Positions 1-17,294 are shown, counted from the first letter of the stretch. The stretch: 64,000 bases of DNA from Escherichia coli (GCF_009931435.1 NZ_CP043414.1), one strand, 5' to 3'. The notes: a model not told the origin generated them from the letters alone. Numbers and translations: made by a program.

Positions 1-674
1 GTCGAGAAGCCGCCAATAGCGATAGTCGCAAAGCTATGGCCGATGGCATCAAAGGCATCCATTCCGGCAAACCACAACGCCAGCGCACAGGCGACGGTCA
101 GCAAGACATAAATCAACCACAGGGTTTTCGCCGTTTCCGCAATTCGCGGGCGCATTTTGTTATCTTTCAGCGGGCCGGGCATTTCCGCGCGATAGAGCTG
201 CATCCCACCCACGCCGAGGATAGGCAGTATCGCAACCGCCAAAACGATGATCCCCATCCCGCCAAACCATTGCAGCATCTGGCGATAAAAGAGGATTGCG
301 TGAGGAAGTGTATCCAGTCCCACCAGCGTAGTGGCCCCCGTGGTAGTCAGACCGGAGAAAGATTCAAAAAACGCATCGGTAATCGTGAGGTTTGGGCTTT
401 CCGAAAAGATAAAAGGGAGCGCACCGACGCTACCCAACACGGTCCAGAACAGCACCACTATCAGAAACCCTTCACGGGATTTCAGTTCGCCCTTTTCTTT
501 ACGGTTCGGCCACCACAGCATAGAACCAATGGCAAGGGCGACAAAAAAGGTCTGGGTAAAAGCGCGGCCCGCTCCATCCCGGTAGATGAGTGCTACCAGC
601 CCAGGGATAATCATGGTCCCTGAAAATAAGATGACCAGTAGTCCAACGATTCGGGTAATGGCGCGAAAATGCAT
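1..674 (-). CDS. trkH: Potassium uptake protein TrkH, N-terminal part; gene runs off the window start
   Basis: Reverse strand from the ATG at ~674 encodes [10 protein letters not shown]..., recognised as the TrkH N-terminus; no stop in window; sits downstream of yigZ as in E. coli. Confidence 0.8.
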   Translation of the reverse strand, partial: MHFRAITRIVGLLVILFSGTMIIPGLVALIYRDGAGRAFTQTFFVALAIGSMLWWPNRKEKGELKSREGFLIVVLFWTVLGSVGALPFIFSESPNLTITDAFFESFSGLTTTGATTLVGLDTLPHAILFYRQMLQWFGGMGIIVLAVAILPILGVGGMQLYRAEMPGPLKDNKMRPRIAETAKTLWLIYVLLTVACALALWFAGMDAFDAIGHSFATIAIGGFS

Positions 675-712
675 CTCTGCCGCTTCCTTAGTTCTGCAAA
701 ACGAAGTGGGGA

Positions 713-1327
713 TTATTCTTCAATCGCTAACAATTGCAATGAACCACGGCTAAAATCCGCCAGCTTTGCGGAAAATTCAGCCACTTTCGCCGCCGGAAGC
801 GCCACCCGCAGCAGAACGAATGCCTGATAATCACTGTTGATAATTTTGCCGCCACACTGCCCCAGCAACGCTTCAATGCCGGTTAACTGACTATATTCAC
901 ATTGCAAAGTATATTCGGTTAATGGCGTCTTGCGTTGGGTCGTTAGCTGGCGCAGTGCCTGATTCACGCCGCCGCCATACGCTTTCACTAACCCACCGGT
1001 GCCCAGCAATATGCCGCCGTAGTAGCGCACCACCACGGCGGTAATTTCCCCGACGCCGCTGCCCATAAGTTGGGCGAGCATCGGTTTACCTGCCGTTCCC
1101 GCCGGTTCCCCGTCATCAGAGAAACCCAGTTGTTGAGAATCATCCGGTGCGCCAGCTACCCACGCCACGCAATGGTGGCGGGCATCAGGGTGTTCTGCCC
1201 GCACCGATTCAACAAACGCTTTCGCCGCCTCGACGCCATCGGTATGCGCCAACAGCGTAATGAAGCGGCTTTTTTTGATCTCTTCAACAACCGTGACCGG
1301 TGCCGCAGGAATTAACCAGCTTTCCAT
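713..1327 (-). CDS. yigZ: IMPACT-family protein YigZ
   Basis: Track ORF 713..1330 (-); translation [22 protein letters not shown]... matches remembered YigZ; start taken at the second Met. Confidence 0.9.
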   Translation of the reverse strand: MESWLIPAAPVTVVEEIKKSRFITLLAHTDGVEAAKAFVESVRAEHPDARHHCVAWVAGAPDDSQQLGFSDDGEPAGTAGKPMLAQLMGSGVGEITAVVVRYYGGILLGTGGLVKAYGGGVNQALRQLTTQRKTPLTEYTLQCEYSQLTGIEALLGQCGGKIINSDYQAFVLLRVALPAAKVAEFSAKLADFSRGSLQLLAIEE

Positions 1328-2658
1328 CACGCCAGTTTCAGATCCCGGGTCATGTTTTCCACGTTGTTTTCGTGGATCACCACGTTGTCTTCGATACGAA
1401 TACCGCCGAACGGTTTCAGTGCTTCAATTTTCTGCCAGTTGAAGTGTTTGCTGAACTGCCCTTCACGCCACGGTGCCAGCAGCGATTCGATGAAGTAGAT
1501 ACCCGGTTCGATGGTTAAGACCATGCCCGGCTGGAGAATACGGGTGCAGCGCAGGTACGGATATTTTGCCGGTGCCGCGAGGTGCGTACCGCTATCATCC
1601 TGCATAAAACCGGCCACGTCATGCACCTGCAGGCCCAGCGGATGGCCGATACCGTGCGGCATAAACGGTCCGGTAAGATCATTTTCGACCATCGCCTCTT
1701 CACTCATATCGGTGATGATTTGATGTTTACGCAGCAGTTTGGCGATACGCTGATGGAACTGGATGTGGTAATCCACATAGCTGACGCCTGCTTTCATGGT
1801 GGCGATCAGCGCCAGTTGTTCATCATTTACGTCTTTCACCAGCTGTGCATAGTCGTTGTCGCTTTTTGCCGACCAGGTACGAGTCAGGTCAGCCGCATAG
1901 CCGTTATATTCGGCCCCGGCATCCAGCAGGAAGCTGCGCATCTCTTCCGGTGCCTGATGGTCGAGTTTGGTGTAATGCAGTACCGCAGCGTGTTCGTTGA
2001 GCGCCACAATGTTGCTGTAAGGCACGTCGGTATCACGATGACCGGTCGCGGTCAGATAGGCAATGTTGATATCGAACTCGCTCATGCCAGAACGGAACGC
2101 TTCTTCTGCCGCGCGATGACCGTTGACCGCCATTTTCTGCGCTTCTCGCATACAGGCCAGTTCGTACTCGGTTTTGAAGGAGCGGTAGTAATGCAGGTAG
2201 TCGATCACCCCTTTCGGGTTGATATTGCTGGCCTCAATACCCAGTTGCAGCGCACGTTCTGGCACCGGACCGATATAACCGATATTGCCGCGCGCAGCAG
2301 GCAACAGACTACCAATGCCATCGGCTTTCGGCAGCGCGATCACTTCTACATCTTCAGTCCAGAAGGAGTTCGGCAGCGGTTCGACGTTGTGCCAGTAATC
2401 AACCGGCAGATAGAACCACAGTTTCGGCTTATTCACGCCATCCACCAGCAGCCAGCAGTTTGGCACCTGAGTTACCGGCACCCACGCTTTGAATTGCGGG
2501 TTCACTTTAAACGGATAGGGATGATCGTCGAGAAAAACGTTGAACAGTTCGCCGGAGTGAATAAGTAACGCATCCAGCTTGAAGCGCGCCAACGCATCGC
2601 GAGTCCGTTCCTGTAAGGTAGCTATATGATTTTTATAGAGCGAGGCCAGTGATTCCAT
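1327..2658 (-). CDS. pepQ: Xaa-Pro dipeptidase (prolidase) PepQ
   Basis: 443-aa [26 protein letters not shown]...; length and sequence match PepQ; divergent from fadB. Confidence 0.95.
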
Positions 2659-2804
2659 TTTTTACCCTTCTGTTTTTTGACCTTAAGTCTCCGCATCTTA
2701 GCACAACGTTAATACAGAGCGTGATTTCTGCCGAGCGTGATCAGATTGGCATTTCTTTAATCTTTTATTTGCATATTTTTAACACAAAATACACACTTCG
2801 TCTC

Positions 2805-2821
2805 ATCTGGTACGACCAGAT
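2805..2821. promoter_or_regulatory. FadR operator of the fadBA promoter (palindrome ATCTGGTACGACCAGAT)
   Basis: Perfect 17-bp dyad ATCTGGTACGACCAGAT seen about 26 bp upstream of the fadB ATG; matches the known FadR operator consensus. Confidence 0.7.
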
Positions 2822-2846
2822 CACCTTGCGGATTCAGGAGACTGAC

Positions 2847-5036
2847 ATGCTTTACAAAGGCGACACCCTGTACCTTGACTGGCTGGAAGATGGCATTGCC
2901 GAACTGGTATTTGATGCCCCAGGTTCAGTTAATAAACTCGACACTGCGACCGTCGCCAGCCTCGGCGAGGCCATCGGCGTGCTGGAACAGCAATCAGATT
3001 TAAAAGGGCTGCTGCTGCGTTCGAATAAAGCAGCCTTTATCGTCGGTGCTGATATCACCGAATTCTTGTCCCTGTTCCTCGTTCCTGAAGAACAGTTAAG
3101 CCAGTGGCTGCATTTTGCCAATAGCGTGTTTAATCGCCTGGAAGATCTGCCGGTGCCGACCATTGCTGCCGTCAACGGCTATGCGCTGGGCGGTGGCTGC
3201 GAATGTGTGCTGGCGACCGATTATCGTCTGGCGACGCCAGATCTGCGCATCGGTCTGCCGGAAACCAAACTGGGCATTATGCCGGGCTTTGGCGGTTCTG
3301 TACGTATGCCACGTATGCTCGGTGCTGATAGTGCGCTGGAAATCATTGCCGCCGGTAAAGATGTCGGCGCGGATCAGGCGCTGAAAATCGGTCTGGTGGA
3401 TGGCGTAGTCAAAGCAGAAAAACTGGTTGAAGGCGCGAAGGCGATTTTACGTCAGGCTATTAACGGCGACCTCGACTGGAAAGCGAAACGTCAGCCGAAG
3501 CTGGAACCGCTAAAACTGAGCAAGATTGAAGCCACCATGAGCTTCACCATCGCTAAAGGAATGGTCGCACAAACAGCAGGGAAACATTACCCCGCACCCA
3601 TCACCGCAGTAAAAACCATTGAAGCGGCTGCCCGTTTTGGTCGTGAAGAAGCATTAAATCTGGAAAACAAAAGTTTTGTCCCGCTGGCGCATACCAACGA
3701 AGCTCGCGCACTGGTCGGCATTTTCCTTAACGATCAATATGTAAAAGGTAAAGCGAAGAAACTCACCAAAGATGTTGAAACCCCGAAACAGGCCGCTGTG
3801 CTGGGCGCAGGCATTATGGGCGGCGGCATCGCTTACCAGTCTGCGTGGAAAGGCGTGCCGGTTGTCATGAAAGATATCAACGACAAGTCGTTAACCCTCG
3901 GCATGACCGAAGCCGCGAAACTGCTGAACAAGCAGCTTGAGCGCGGCAAGATCGACGGTCTGAAACTGGCTGGCGTGATCTCCACGATTCATCCAACGCT
4001 CGACTACACCGGGTTTGATCGCGTGGACGTTGTGGTAGAAGCGGTTGTCGAAAACCCGAAAGTGAAAAAAGCCGTGCTGGCAGAAACCGAGCAGAAAGTA
4101 CGCCCGGATACCGTGCTGGCTTCCAATACTTCAACCATTCCTATCAGCGAACTGGCCAACGCGCTGGAACGCCCGGAAAACTTCTGCGGGATGCATTTCT
4201 TTAACCCAGTGCACCGGATGCCGTTGGTGGAAATTATTCGCGGTGAGAAAAGCTCCGACGAAACCATCGCGAAAGTTGTCGCATGGGCGAGCAAGATGGG
4301 TAAAACGCCAATTGTGGTTAATGACTGCCCCGGCTTCTTTGTTAACCGCGTGCTGTTCCCCTATTTCGCCGGTTTCAGCCAGCTGCTGCGCGACGGCGCG
4401 GATTTTCGCAAGATCGACAAAGTGATGGAAAAACAGTTCGGCTGGCCGATGGGTCCGGCATACTTGCTGGATGTCGTGGGCATTGATACCGCGCATCACG
4501 CCCAGGCAGTGATGGCAGCAGGTTTCCCGCAGCGGATGCAGAAAGATTATCGCGATGCCATCGACGCTCTGTTTGATGCCAACCGTTTTGGTCAGAAGAA
4601 CGGCCTTGGTTTCTGGCGTTATAAAGAAGACAGCAAAGGTAAGCCGAAGAAAGAAGAAGATGCCGCCGTTGACGACCTGCTGGCAGAAGTCAGCCAGCCG
4701 AAGCGAGATTTCAGCGAAGAAGAGATTATCGCCCGCATGATGATCCCGATGGTCAACGAAGTGGTGCGTTGTCTGGAGGAAGGCATTATCGCCACTCCGG
4801 CAGAAGTCGATATGGCACTGGTCTACGGCCTGGGCTTCCCTCCGTTCCACGGCGGCGCGTTCCGCTGGCTGGACACCCTCGGTAGCGCAAAATATCTCGA
4901 TATGGCACAACAATATCAGCACCTCGGCCCGCTGTATGAAGTGCCGGAAGGTCTGCGTAATAAAGCGCGTCATAATGAACCGTACTATCCCCCGGTTGAG
5001 CCAGCCCGTCCGGTTGGCGACCTGAAAACGGCTTAA
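2847..5036 (+). CDS. fadB: Fatty acid oxidation complex alpha subunit FadB (enoyl-CoA hydratase / 3-hydroxyacyl-CoA dehydrogenase)
   Basis: Track ORF 2649..5036 trimmed to the internal Met giving [32 protein letters not shown] (729 aa); AGGAG-like RBS upstream. Confidence 0.95.
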   Translation: MLYKGDTLYLDWLEDGIAELVFDAPGSVNKLDTATVASLGEAIGVLEQQSDLKGLLLRSNKAAFIVGADITEFLSLFLVPEEQLSQWLHFANSVFNRLEDLPVPTIAAVNGYALGGGCECVLATDYRLATPDLRIGLPETKLGIMPGFGGSVRMPRMLGADSALEIIAAGKDVGADQALKIGLVDGVVKAEKLVEGAKAILRQAINGDLDWKAKRQPKLEPLKLSKIEATMSFTIAKGMVAQTAGKHYPAPITAVKTIEAAARFGREEALNLENKSFVPLAHTNEARALVGIFLNDQYVKGKAKKLTKDVETPKQAAVLGAGIMGGGIAYQSAWKGVPVVMKDINDKSLTLGMTEAAKLLNKQLERGKIDGLKLAGVISTIHPTLDYTGFDRVDVVVEAVVENPKVKKAVLAETEQKVRPDTVLASNTSTIPISELANALERPENFCGMHFFNPVHRMPLVEIIRGEKSSDETIAKVVAWASKMGKTPIVVNDCPGFFVNRVLFPYFAGFSQLLRDGADFRKIDKVMEKQFGWPMGPAYLLDVVGIDTAHHAQAVMAAGFPQRMQKDYRDAIDALFDANRFGQKNGLGFWRYKEDSKGKPKKEEDAAVDDLLAEVSQPKRDFSEEEIIARMMIPMVNEVVRCLEEGIIATPAEVDMALVYGLGFPPFHGGAFRWLDTLGSAKYLDMAQQYQHLGPLYEVPEGLRNKARHNEPYYPPVEPARPVGDLKTA

Positions 5037-6209
<1,173 letters not shown>

Positions 6210-6213
6210 CCAC

Positions 6214-6320
6214 TTGCCGGATGCGGCGTGAATGCCTTATCCGGTCTACCGACCCGGCACTAATGTAGGCCTGATAAGACGCGCCAGCGTCGCATCAGGC
6301 ATCGATTGCCGGATGCGACA
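6214..6320. repeat. REP (repetitive extragenic palindromic) cluster
   Basis: Copies of the GCCGGATGCGGCG / CCTTATCCGG-type REP motifs between fadA and fre. Confidence 0.7.
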
Positions 6321-6354
6321 TAGATCTAAATGCCACTGTATAAAGTTTTAGTTG

Positions 6355-6388
6355 CCGTTCTTCCCGCCTGTCAGGGGCGGGTTTTTTA
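6355..6388 (+). terminator. Rho-independent terminator downstream of fadBA
   Basis: Hairpin CCCGCCTGTCAGGGGCGGG followed by TTTTTT on the + strand. Confidence 0.7.
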
Positions 6389-6392
6389 TATC

Positions 6393-7094
6393 TCAGATAA
6401 ACGCAAACGCATCGCCAAACAGGCGGTCTTCCCGCGCATTACGCTCACTGCAAAACAGGTCACGGGCGATTTTCGCCATCTCAAAACGCCCGGCAATGTA
6501 GATATCATGCTCTGCCAGCGTGCCGTGATCCTGCAATACCGCCGTTAACACGGTGCCAGTACGCCCACGCCAACCCGCTTCCGGTTGTTCAACCACCGGC
6601 ACCACTTGCAGACCAGGATGCTTCAGCGAAAGCGCCTCAAGCTCGCAGAGATCATAAAGATGCTGCTCTTCACGCCCCCCCCAGTAAATGGTGATATCAC
6701 GGTTTGGGTTACGCGCCAGCGCCGTCAGCAAAATCGAGCGCGCATAAGAGAACCCGGTGCCACCCGCAATCAAAATCATCGGACGTTCTTCATCATCGCG
6801 CAGCCACGCTTCTCCGTGGGGAATATCGACCACGATTTGATGATCTTTGAGGATACGGTCCATGACTGCTTTCGCGTAAAGGTTGATTTCAGAAGCGCCA
6901 ATATGCAGCTCGATAAACTCTTTTTCATCCGGCGTCGAAGCCATTGAGAATGGACGTTTATCGCGCTCATCCATCACCACCATCAAATACTGACCAGCAC
7001 GAAAAGAAAAGGCCGCGTCTGGCACGATTCGAACACGATATACGGTATCGGTGATAGCTTCTACCGAGGTCACTTTACAGCTTAAGGTTGTCAT
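6393..7094 (-). CDS. fre: NAD(P)H-flavin reductase Fre
   Basis: Track ORF 6393..7127 trimmed to [31 protein letters not shown]... (233 aa). Confidence 0.92.
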
Positions 7095-7139
7095 GCGCTT
7101 TCTCTGTCGGATCGATAAATAGGGCAAAACAAACGCGCA

Positions 7140-8633
7140 TCAGGCGCTTTTACCGTTGTTAAAGATGGCCAGTTCATCCCAGATGGCGTCAATATGCGCG
7201 ACAACATCCGGATCTTTTTTGATGGGACGTCCCCATTCACGCTGGGTTTCCCCTGGCCATTTATTCGTGGCATCCAGCCCCATTTTTGAACCCAGCCCGG
7301 AGACAGGCGAGGCAAAATCCAGATAATCAATAGGCGTATTTTCTACCAGAACAGTATCCCGCGCCGGGTCCATACGGGTGGTAATCGCCCAAATCACATC
7401 GTTCCAGTCGCGTGCGTTGACGTCATCATCGCAAACGATCACAAATTTAGTGTACATAAACTGGCGTAAGAACGACCAGACGCCCATCATGACGCGCTTC
7501 GCGTGTCCGGCGTACTGTTTTTTGATCGTCACTACCGCCAGGCGATAAGAGCAGCCTTCCGGCGGCAGGTAAAAATCGACAATTTCCGGGAACTGTTTTT
7601 GCAGAATCGGCACAAACACTTCGTTCAGTGCGACACCCAGCACAGCAGGTTCATCCGGCGGACGCCCGGTATAGGTGGAATGATAAATCGCATCTTCACG
7701 CTGGGTAATATGCGTCACAGTAAATACCGGGAAACTATCGACTTCGTTATAGTAACCGGTGTGGTCGCCATACGGCCCTTCCGGCGCCGTTTCACCTTGT
7801 TCGATATACCCTTCCAGCACAATCTCCGCACTGGCGGGCACTTCAAGGTCATTGGAGATACACTTCACCACTTCGGTCTTGGTGCCGCGCAGCAATCCGG
7901 CAAACGCATATTCTGAAAGTGTATCCGGAACGGGCGTTACCGCACCGAGAATCGTAGCGGGATCAGCACCCAGCGCCACAGAAACCGGGAAACGTTCGCC
8001 CGGATGCGCCGCGCACCACTCCTGATAATCCAGCGCGCCGCCGCGATGCGACAGCCAACGCATAATCAGTTTGTTTTTACCAATCAGCTGCTGGCGATAA
8101 ATACCCAGATTCTGCCGTTCTTTATTCGGGCCGCGCGTTACGGTCAGCCCCCAGGTAATCAGCGGCGCGGCATCTTCCGGCCAGCAGGTCATAATGGGAA
8201 TGCGGTTAAGATCGACGTCATCGCCAGAGACGATTTTTTGTTGGCAGGGCGCACCACGCAGTCGCTTTGTCGGCATGTTCAATACTTGTTTAAACTGCGG
8301 CAGTTTATCAAACAGGTCGCGGAAACCTTTTGGCGGCTCCGGCTCTTTCAGAAACGCCAATAATTTACCCACTTCACGCAGCGCCGAAACATCTTCCTGC
8401 CCCATGCCCATCGCCACGCGCTTTGGCGTACCGAACAGGTTGCACAGCACCGGCATTGAGTAGCCTTTAGGGTTTTCGAACAACAACGCAGGCCCACCGG
8501 CACGCAAAGTGCGGTCAGCAATTTCAGTGATTTCCAGATGCGGATCCACCGGGAGCGTGATACGTTTTAGCTCACCCTGCTGTTCAAGCAGCGTCAGGAA
8601 GTCGCGTAAATCGTTATATTTCATGGCATCCAT
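7140..8633 (-). CDS. ubiD: 3-octaprenyl-4-hydroxybenzoate decarboxylase UbiD
   Basis: 497-aa [44 protein letters not shown]...; matches UbiD. Confidence 0.95.
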   Translation of the reverse strand: MDAMKYNDLRDFLTLLEQQGELKRITLPVDPHLEITEIADRTLRAGGPALLFENPKGYSMPVLCNLFGTPKRVAMGMGQEDVSALREVGKLLAFLKEPEPPKGFRDLFDKLPQFKQVLNMPTKRLRGAPCQQKIVSGDDVDLNRIPIMTCWPEDAAPLITWGLTVTRGPNKERQNLGIYRQQLIGKNKLIMRWLSHRGGALDYQEWCAAHPGERFPVSVALGADPATILGAVTPVPDTLSEYAFAGLLRGTKTEVVKCISNDLEVPASAEIVLEGYIEQGETAPEGPYGDHTGYYNEVDSFPVFTVTHITQREDAIYHSTYTGRPPDEPAVLGVALNEVFVPILQKQFPEIVDFYLPPEGCSYRLAVVTIKKQYAGHAKRVMMGVWSFLRQFMYTKFVIVCDDDVNARDWNDVIWAITTRMDPARDTVLVENTPIDYLDFASPVSGLGSKMGLDATNKWPGETQREWGRPIKKDPDVVAHIDAIWDELAIFNNGKSA

Positions 8634-8754
8634 TGTAGCCTCTTAATCTGCGCCCATTATACGGCGTTCATCTTTGCGATGCTGTAAATTTGTTAAATTA
8701 GCGTGAACTCTGACGGTATAACGCAAACCGGGGAATATAATTAACTTAGCGTAA

Positions 8755-10067
<1,313 letters not shown>

Positions 10068-10108
10068 CCTGTACTCCATATGACAACCGCCCTGACGGGC
10101 GGTTGAAT

Positions 10109-10885
10109 TTATTCTTCAGTTTTTTCGCTTTCTGCTTCAGCGTCGTTTTCCTCTTCCCGGTTTCGACCCTTACCAACGTAAAAGCGTGAGAAGAAGACAC
10201 CGATTTCAAACAGGCAGTACATCGGGATCGCCAGCAGCGTTTGCGAGAAGACATCCGGCGGCGTCAGCAGCATCCCGACAACAAATGCGCCAACCAGCAC
10301 ATACGGACGTTTTTTGCGTAAGTCTTCTGGCGAGGTAATTCCCATCCAGCACAGCAGCACAATTGCCACCGGCACTTCAAAGGAGACACCAAACGCCATA
10401 AACAGCGCCATAACGAAGCTTAAATAGCTGGCGATGTCGGTGGATACCTGTACCCCTTCCGGCGCGGTATTGGCAAGGAAGCCAAATGCCAGCGGAAAGA
10501 CCACAAAGTAGGCGAACGCCATGCCGATATAAAACAACAGAGAGCTGGAAACCAGCAGCGGCACCACCAGACGACGTTCATGCTTATACAGCGCTGGGGC
10601 GATAAACGCCCACACCTGATAGAGAATCACCGGCGCTGACAGAATCAGCGACACCATAAAGGTCAGCTTGATCGGCGTAAAGAACGGTGAGGCCACGTCG
10701 GTGGCGATCATCGTTGAACCTTGCGGCAACTGCTTGATCAATGGCGCGGATACCAGGTGATAGATGTCATTGGCGAAATAGACCAGACACAGGAATATCA
10801 CGATCACCGCGATAATGCAGTTCAGCAGACGCTTACGCAGCTCAATCAGATGCGTGATAAGCGGTTGAGTATCTTCTACAGACAT
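10109..10885 (-). CDS. tatC: Twin-arginine translocase subunit TatC
   Basis: 258-aa [30 protein letters not shown]...; polytopic membrane protein; matches TatC. Confidence 0.95.
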
Positions 10886-10887
10886 GT

Positions 10888-11403
10888 TTACGGTTTATCA
10901 CTCGACGAAGGGGAAGGTGCAGCGGTTTTCGGTTCAGCGTCCGCAGCAGGTTTTACCACCGGCTCTGGCGTGGTTTCTGGCTTCTGTTCCGGCGAACTGG
11001 CCTGCGTTTGTGCAGCGGCAGGCGTTACGCCTTCATGCGCAGCTTCATTATCTTTCACCACCGGATTATGGATGGTGTGCGCTTCATCGCTCGCCTTTTC
11101 AGGATCGTTTGCAACGTAGGAACGCTTCATCGACTCCGCGGCCTGGCGTAGTTCATCCATCGACGCTTTCAGTTCGGGCGTCAGGTTAGTGAGGCTCGCC
11201 TTTTCAACCTTTTTCAGGCTGTCCTGAAACTCCTGGAGTTTTAACTCCTGGGTCAGTTCGTTCTGCACCGTTGTCGCCAGTGAACGCAACGCGCGAATCC
11301 AGCCCGCTACCGTTTTTACCGCCACAGGCAGTCGTTGCGGCCCCAGAACGACGAGGCCGATGATGAACACCAATAGCAGTTCGCTAAAACCGATATCAAA
11401 CAC
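10888..11403 (-). CDS. tatB: Twin-arginine translocase subunit TatB
   Basis: 171-aa [43 protein letters not shown]...; matches TatB. Confidence 0.95.
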
Positions 11404-11406
11404 GGA

Positions 11407-11676
11407 TTACACCTGCTCTTTATCGTGGCGCTTCGCGTCTTCTGTTTTAGCCTGTTCCTGATTCGTATCCGCCTGCTTATCGGCGATAGTTTTCGCAGTA
11501 AAATCAGCATCCTGACTGGTTTTATCCTGCTTTGGTTCATCATCGCTCATTGCTTTTTTAAAGCCTTTGATCGACGCACCAAGATCGGAACCGATGGAGC
11601 CGAGCTTTTTGGTGCCAAAAAGCAGTACAACGATGACGGCAATAATCAATAACTGCCAAATACTGATACCACCCAT
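11407..11676 (-). CDS. tatA: Twin-arginine translocase subunit TatA
   Basis: Track ORF 11407..11718 trimmed to [33 protein letters not shown]... (89 aa). Confidence 0.92.
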   Translation of the reverse strand: MGGISIWQLLIIAVIVVLLFGTKKLGSIGSDLGASIKGFKKAMSDDEPKQDKTSQDADFTAKTIADKQADTNQEQAKTEDAKRHDKEQV

Positions 11677-11754
11677 ACATGTTCCTCTGTGGTAGATGAT
11701 GATTAAACAAGGCCGCATTATACGTTACACGGCCCGCCTTGAGCGATGAAAAAA

Positions 11755-13997
<2,243 letters not shown>

Positions 13998-14010
13998 TTC
14001 CGGTCTCCTG

Positions 14011-14766
14011 TCAGAACTTATAACCACGATGCAGCGCCACAACCCCTGCCGTCAGGTTGTAATAGTCGACACTTTCGAATCCAGCATCCTGCATCATAGC
14101 TTTCAGGGTGTCCTGATCGGGATGCATGCGGATAGATTCAGCAAGATAACGGTAGCTGTCAGCGTCGTTCGCGACCAGTGAGCCAATACGCGGCAGCACA
14201 TGGAAGGAGTAAGCGTCATAGGCCTTACTTAACGGCTCGATAATCGGCTTCGAGAACTCAAGCACCAGCAGTCGGCCGCCAGGTTTCAGAACGCGATACA
14301 TTGAACGCAGAGCTTTATCTTTGTCAGTGACGTTACGCAGACCAAACGAAATGGTGATGCAATCAAAGGTGTTATCCGGGAACGGCAGCGCCTCAGCGTT
14401 CGCCTGAACATACTCAACGTTGCCAATCACACCAATATTACGCAGCTTCTCGCGGCCCATTTTGAGCATGGATTCATTGATATCAGCAAGGACCACTTTG
14501 CCAGTTTCACCCACCAGGCGGGAGAATTTCGCTGTCAGGTCGCCAGTACCGCCTGCCAGATCCAGCACGGTCTGCCCGCGGCGTACGCCACTGCAATCAA
14601 TCGTGAAGCGTTTCCACAAACGATGTATGCCAAAAGACATCAAATCATTCATGACATCGTATTTCGATGCCACGGAATGGAAAACGTGGGCGACCATATC
14701 CGCTTTTTGTTCCTTCGCGACGGTCTGAAAACCAAAGTGCGTCGTTTCTTGTGACTTATCCACCAT
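14011..14766 (-). CDS. ubiE: Ubiquinone/menaquinone C-methyltransferase UbiE
   Basis: 251-aa [49 protein letters not shown]...; SAM-binding LDLAGGTGD motif. Confidence 0.95.
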
Positions 14767-14860
14767 CTCAATGCCTGCTCATCAAAAAATTGTTCCAGAA
14801 GTGTAACAGATTGGGCGTCGATGCCCTAGATTTCTACCCGGCTTAACTACCCCCAATGGG

Positions 14861-16288
14861 CTAGCGCGACTGCTGATTATATTCATCATCGCGTTGATAA
14901 GCTTCATCATTCGGCTGCTCCGGTACCGACCGCAGTCGATACTCTTCATCCTGGCTCACCGCTTGTTCAGCCAAATCCGGATTAATCTCGCGTTTAATTT
15001 CTACTCCTAAACCGCGAAACGCTTCTGCTTGCGCCAGCACATTTCCGCGACCTGAAGAGAGTTTTTTCATTGCCTGACGATAGTTGTCCTGTGCTTTGTC
15101 CAGACTTTGACCAATCGCGGACATATCATCGACAAACAAGCGCATTTTGTCGTACAACTTGCTGGCACGATCGGCTATTTTCTGAGCGTTGCGGCTTTGA
15201 TGCTCATAGCGCCAGAGGTTGGCGATAGTGCGCAGCGCCACCAGCAGCGTGGTCGGGCTAACCAGCATGATATTGTTTTTCAACGCTTCGGTGATCAGCT
15301 CCGGCTGGCGGTCAAGCGCCAGTAAAAAAGCGGGTTCAACGGGAATAAACATCAGCACGTAATCCAGGGTTCGCAGCCCCGGCAGCTGTTGATAATCTTT
15401 GCGTCCCAGCAAACGGATATGGTTACGCACCGACGCGATATGTTCCTGTAGCGCGCTTTCGCGGGTGTAGTCGTCTTCTGCGTTGAAATAGCGTTCATAG
15501 GCGACCAGTGTCATTTTTGCGTCGATCACCACATCTTTTCCCTGCGGCAACCGCACGATGACATCCGGCTGCATCCGCGAGCGGGCGTCATTTTCGATGC
15601 TGACCTGGGTTTCATATTCATACCCTTCACGCAGACCGGAAGCCTCCAGCACACGCGTCAATACTACCTCGCCCCAGTTGCCCTGGGTTTTATTGTCGCC
15701 TTTCAGCGCACGCGTCAGGTTGATCGCTTCCTGGGCCATTTGCGCGTTGAGCTGCTGGAGATTGCGTATTTCGTGAGTCAGGGTATGGCGTTCTTGTGCT
15801 TCTTTACCGAAACTGTCCTGAACCTGACGACGAAAACCGTCCAGTTGTTCACGTAGTGGCGACAACAGGCTGTTCAGACTCTGACGGTTTTGCTCATCAA
15901 CCCGGCGATTGCTGTGCTCGAAAATACGGTTGGCGAGGTTTTCAAACTGCTCACTGAGGCGCTGTTCGCTGTTGATCATTTGGCGAATTTTATCGTCAGC
16001 ATGTTGCTGTACGGCCTCCATTCGCGTGGTGACTTCACGCAGATCCGCCTCCAGCGAGGTGTTAATGCTTTGCAGACTGCGCACTTCATTATTGAGTAAC
16101 TCGCACTCAGCACGCCAATGTTCGCTTTGGGTAATTTGTTGTTTTGCCGCACTTAACTCCGCGACCATCTCTTCACGTTCAGCGAATTGCTCGGCTTTTT
16201 GCTGCGCATGCTGATAACTGGCAATCAGCCAGCCAATCGCCACGCTCACCAACGCAATAACTGCGTAAACCATGATTGAGATATCCAC
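14861..16288 (-). CDS. rmuC: DNA recombination protein RmuC
   Basis: Track ORF 14861..16381 trimmed to an in-frame GTG (encoding VDISIMVYAVIAL...) preceded by GGAGG; about 475 aa as remembered for RmuC. Confidence 0.88.
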   Translation of the reverse strand: MDISIMVYAVIALVSVAIGWLIASYQHAQQKAEQFAEREEMVAELSAAKQQITQSEHWRAECELLNNEVRSLQSINTSLEADLREVTTRMEAVQQHADDKIRQMINSEQRLSEQFENLANRIFEHSNRRVDEQNRQSLNSLLSPLREQLDGFRRQVQDSFGKEAQERHTLTHEIRNLQQLNAQMAQEAINLTRALKGDNKTQGNWGEVVLTRVLEASGLREGYEYETQVSIENDARSRMQPDVIVRLPQGKDVVIDAKMTLVAYERYFNAEDDYTRESALQEHIASVRNHIRLLGRKDYQQLPGLRTLDYVLMFIPVEPAFLLALDRQPELITEALKNNIMLVSPTTLLVALRTIANLWRYEHQSRNAQKIADRASKLYDKMRLFVDDMSAIGQSLDKAQDNYRQAMKKLSSGRGNVLAQAEAFRGLGVEIKREINPDLAEQAVSQDEEYRLRSVPEQPNDEAYQRDDEYNQQSR

Positions 16289-16404
16289 AACGCCTCCAGC
16301 CTCATTACTTACCCGCACAAAATAGAATTGTGCTGTACAAACGTCCAGTTTGAAAGAAGTTTCCTGCGAGGCGCTACGCAAAACGATCCTTAATTTTTAT
16401 TATT

Positions 16405-16444
16405 TTATCCCACAATATGAGACCTAGTTTATATTGTGGGATAA
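16405..16444. promoter_or_regulatory. Perfect 14-bp inverted repeat (TTATCCCACAATAT-N12-ATATTGTGGGATAA), candidate operator for the adjacent IclR-family regulator
   Basis: Read directly in the rmuC / IclR-gene divergent intergenic region, about 60 bp upstream of the regulator ATG. Confidence 0.5.
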
Positions 16445-16503
16445 ATCACCTTTTCCCCACGTCATTATGTGGAACACTTCAGCAATATCATCAGGAGAAA
16501 CGT

Positions 16504-17271
16504 ATGGCAGATACCTCTTCAACCACCGCTGGCGCACAAACGTTATTACGCGGGCTCGCGGTTCTTAATGCTGTTTATAACGGCTGCCATGACCTGAAAA
16601 GTATCGGCGAGTTCACCGGCACGACCCGGAGCACAACCCATCGTTTAGTCACCGTTCTGGTGGAACAACGCTACCTGCGCCACGTCCCAACGCAGGGCTA
16701 CCAACTGGGCGCCAAACTGATCGAATTCGGTGCCAGAGCGCTGGAAAGCACCTCGCTGTACGAAGTTGCGCTGCCCGTTTTGCAACGCCTTGCCCGTTAC
16801 ACCCTGGACACCGTGCATCTGGGGATCGTTGAAGGCGACGAAGTGCTGTATCTGGAGAAGATCAACAGCCAGCGCGGGCTGGAAATGCGCTCACGCCCAG
16901 GCCATCGCATGCCACTGGCAATCACCGGCATCGGCAAGGCATTGATCCTCAACCGAACAGAAGAAGAGTGGCGCACGCTGTTTAAGACCTGTGGTGATGA
17001 AACAAAACTGGGCGCATTTATTCAGAACATGCGTCGTTATGCCGCGAGTGGTTTTGCTTTTGATCTGGAAGAGAACGAGCCGACTATCCGTTGCGTTGCA
17101 GCGCCGGTTTACAACGCCCGGGATGAAATTGTGGCGGCTATTTCTGTCGCCAGTACCACTACGTATATGTCACTGGCGCGTCTGGAAGAACTGGCACCTT
17201 ACGTCAAATCCTGTGCAGAAGAGATATCCGCTGAACTGGGCTGGGGTAAGCACGTCCGCAAAAATAAATAA
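16504..17271 (+). CDS. IclR-family transcriptional regulator
   Basis: Track ORF 16417..17271 trimmed to MADTSSTTAGAQTLLRGLAVLNAV... after an AGGAG RBS; N-terminal HTH plus C-terminal effector domain typical of IclR proteins. Confidence 0.8.
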   Translation: MADTSSTTAGAQTLLRGLAVLNAVYNGCHDLKSIGEFTGTTRSTTHRLVTVLVEQRYLRHVPTQGYQLGAKLIEFGARALESTSLYEVALPVLQRLARYTLDTVHLGIVEGDEVLYLEKINSQRGLEMRSRPGHRMPLAITGIGKALILNRTEEEWRTLFKTCGDETKLGAFIQNMRRYAASGFAFDLEENEPTIRCVAAPVYNARDEIVAAISVASTTTYMSLARLEELAPYVKSCAEEISAELGWGKHVRKNK

Positions 17272-17294
17272 ACCATGACTAAAGGAAACGGCTA

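Noticed and set aside
1582-2568. 328-aa ORF on the + strand inside pepQ
   Set aside because: Lies entirely antisense to the well-supported pepQ gene, has no RBS and a low-complexity His/Arg-rich translation; a typical shadow ORF.
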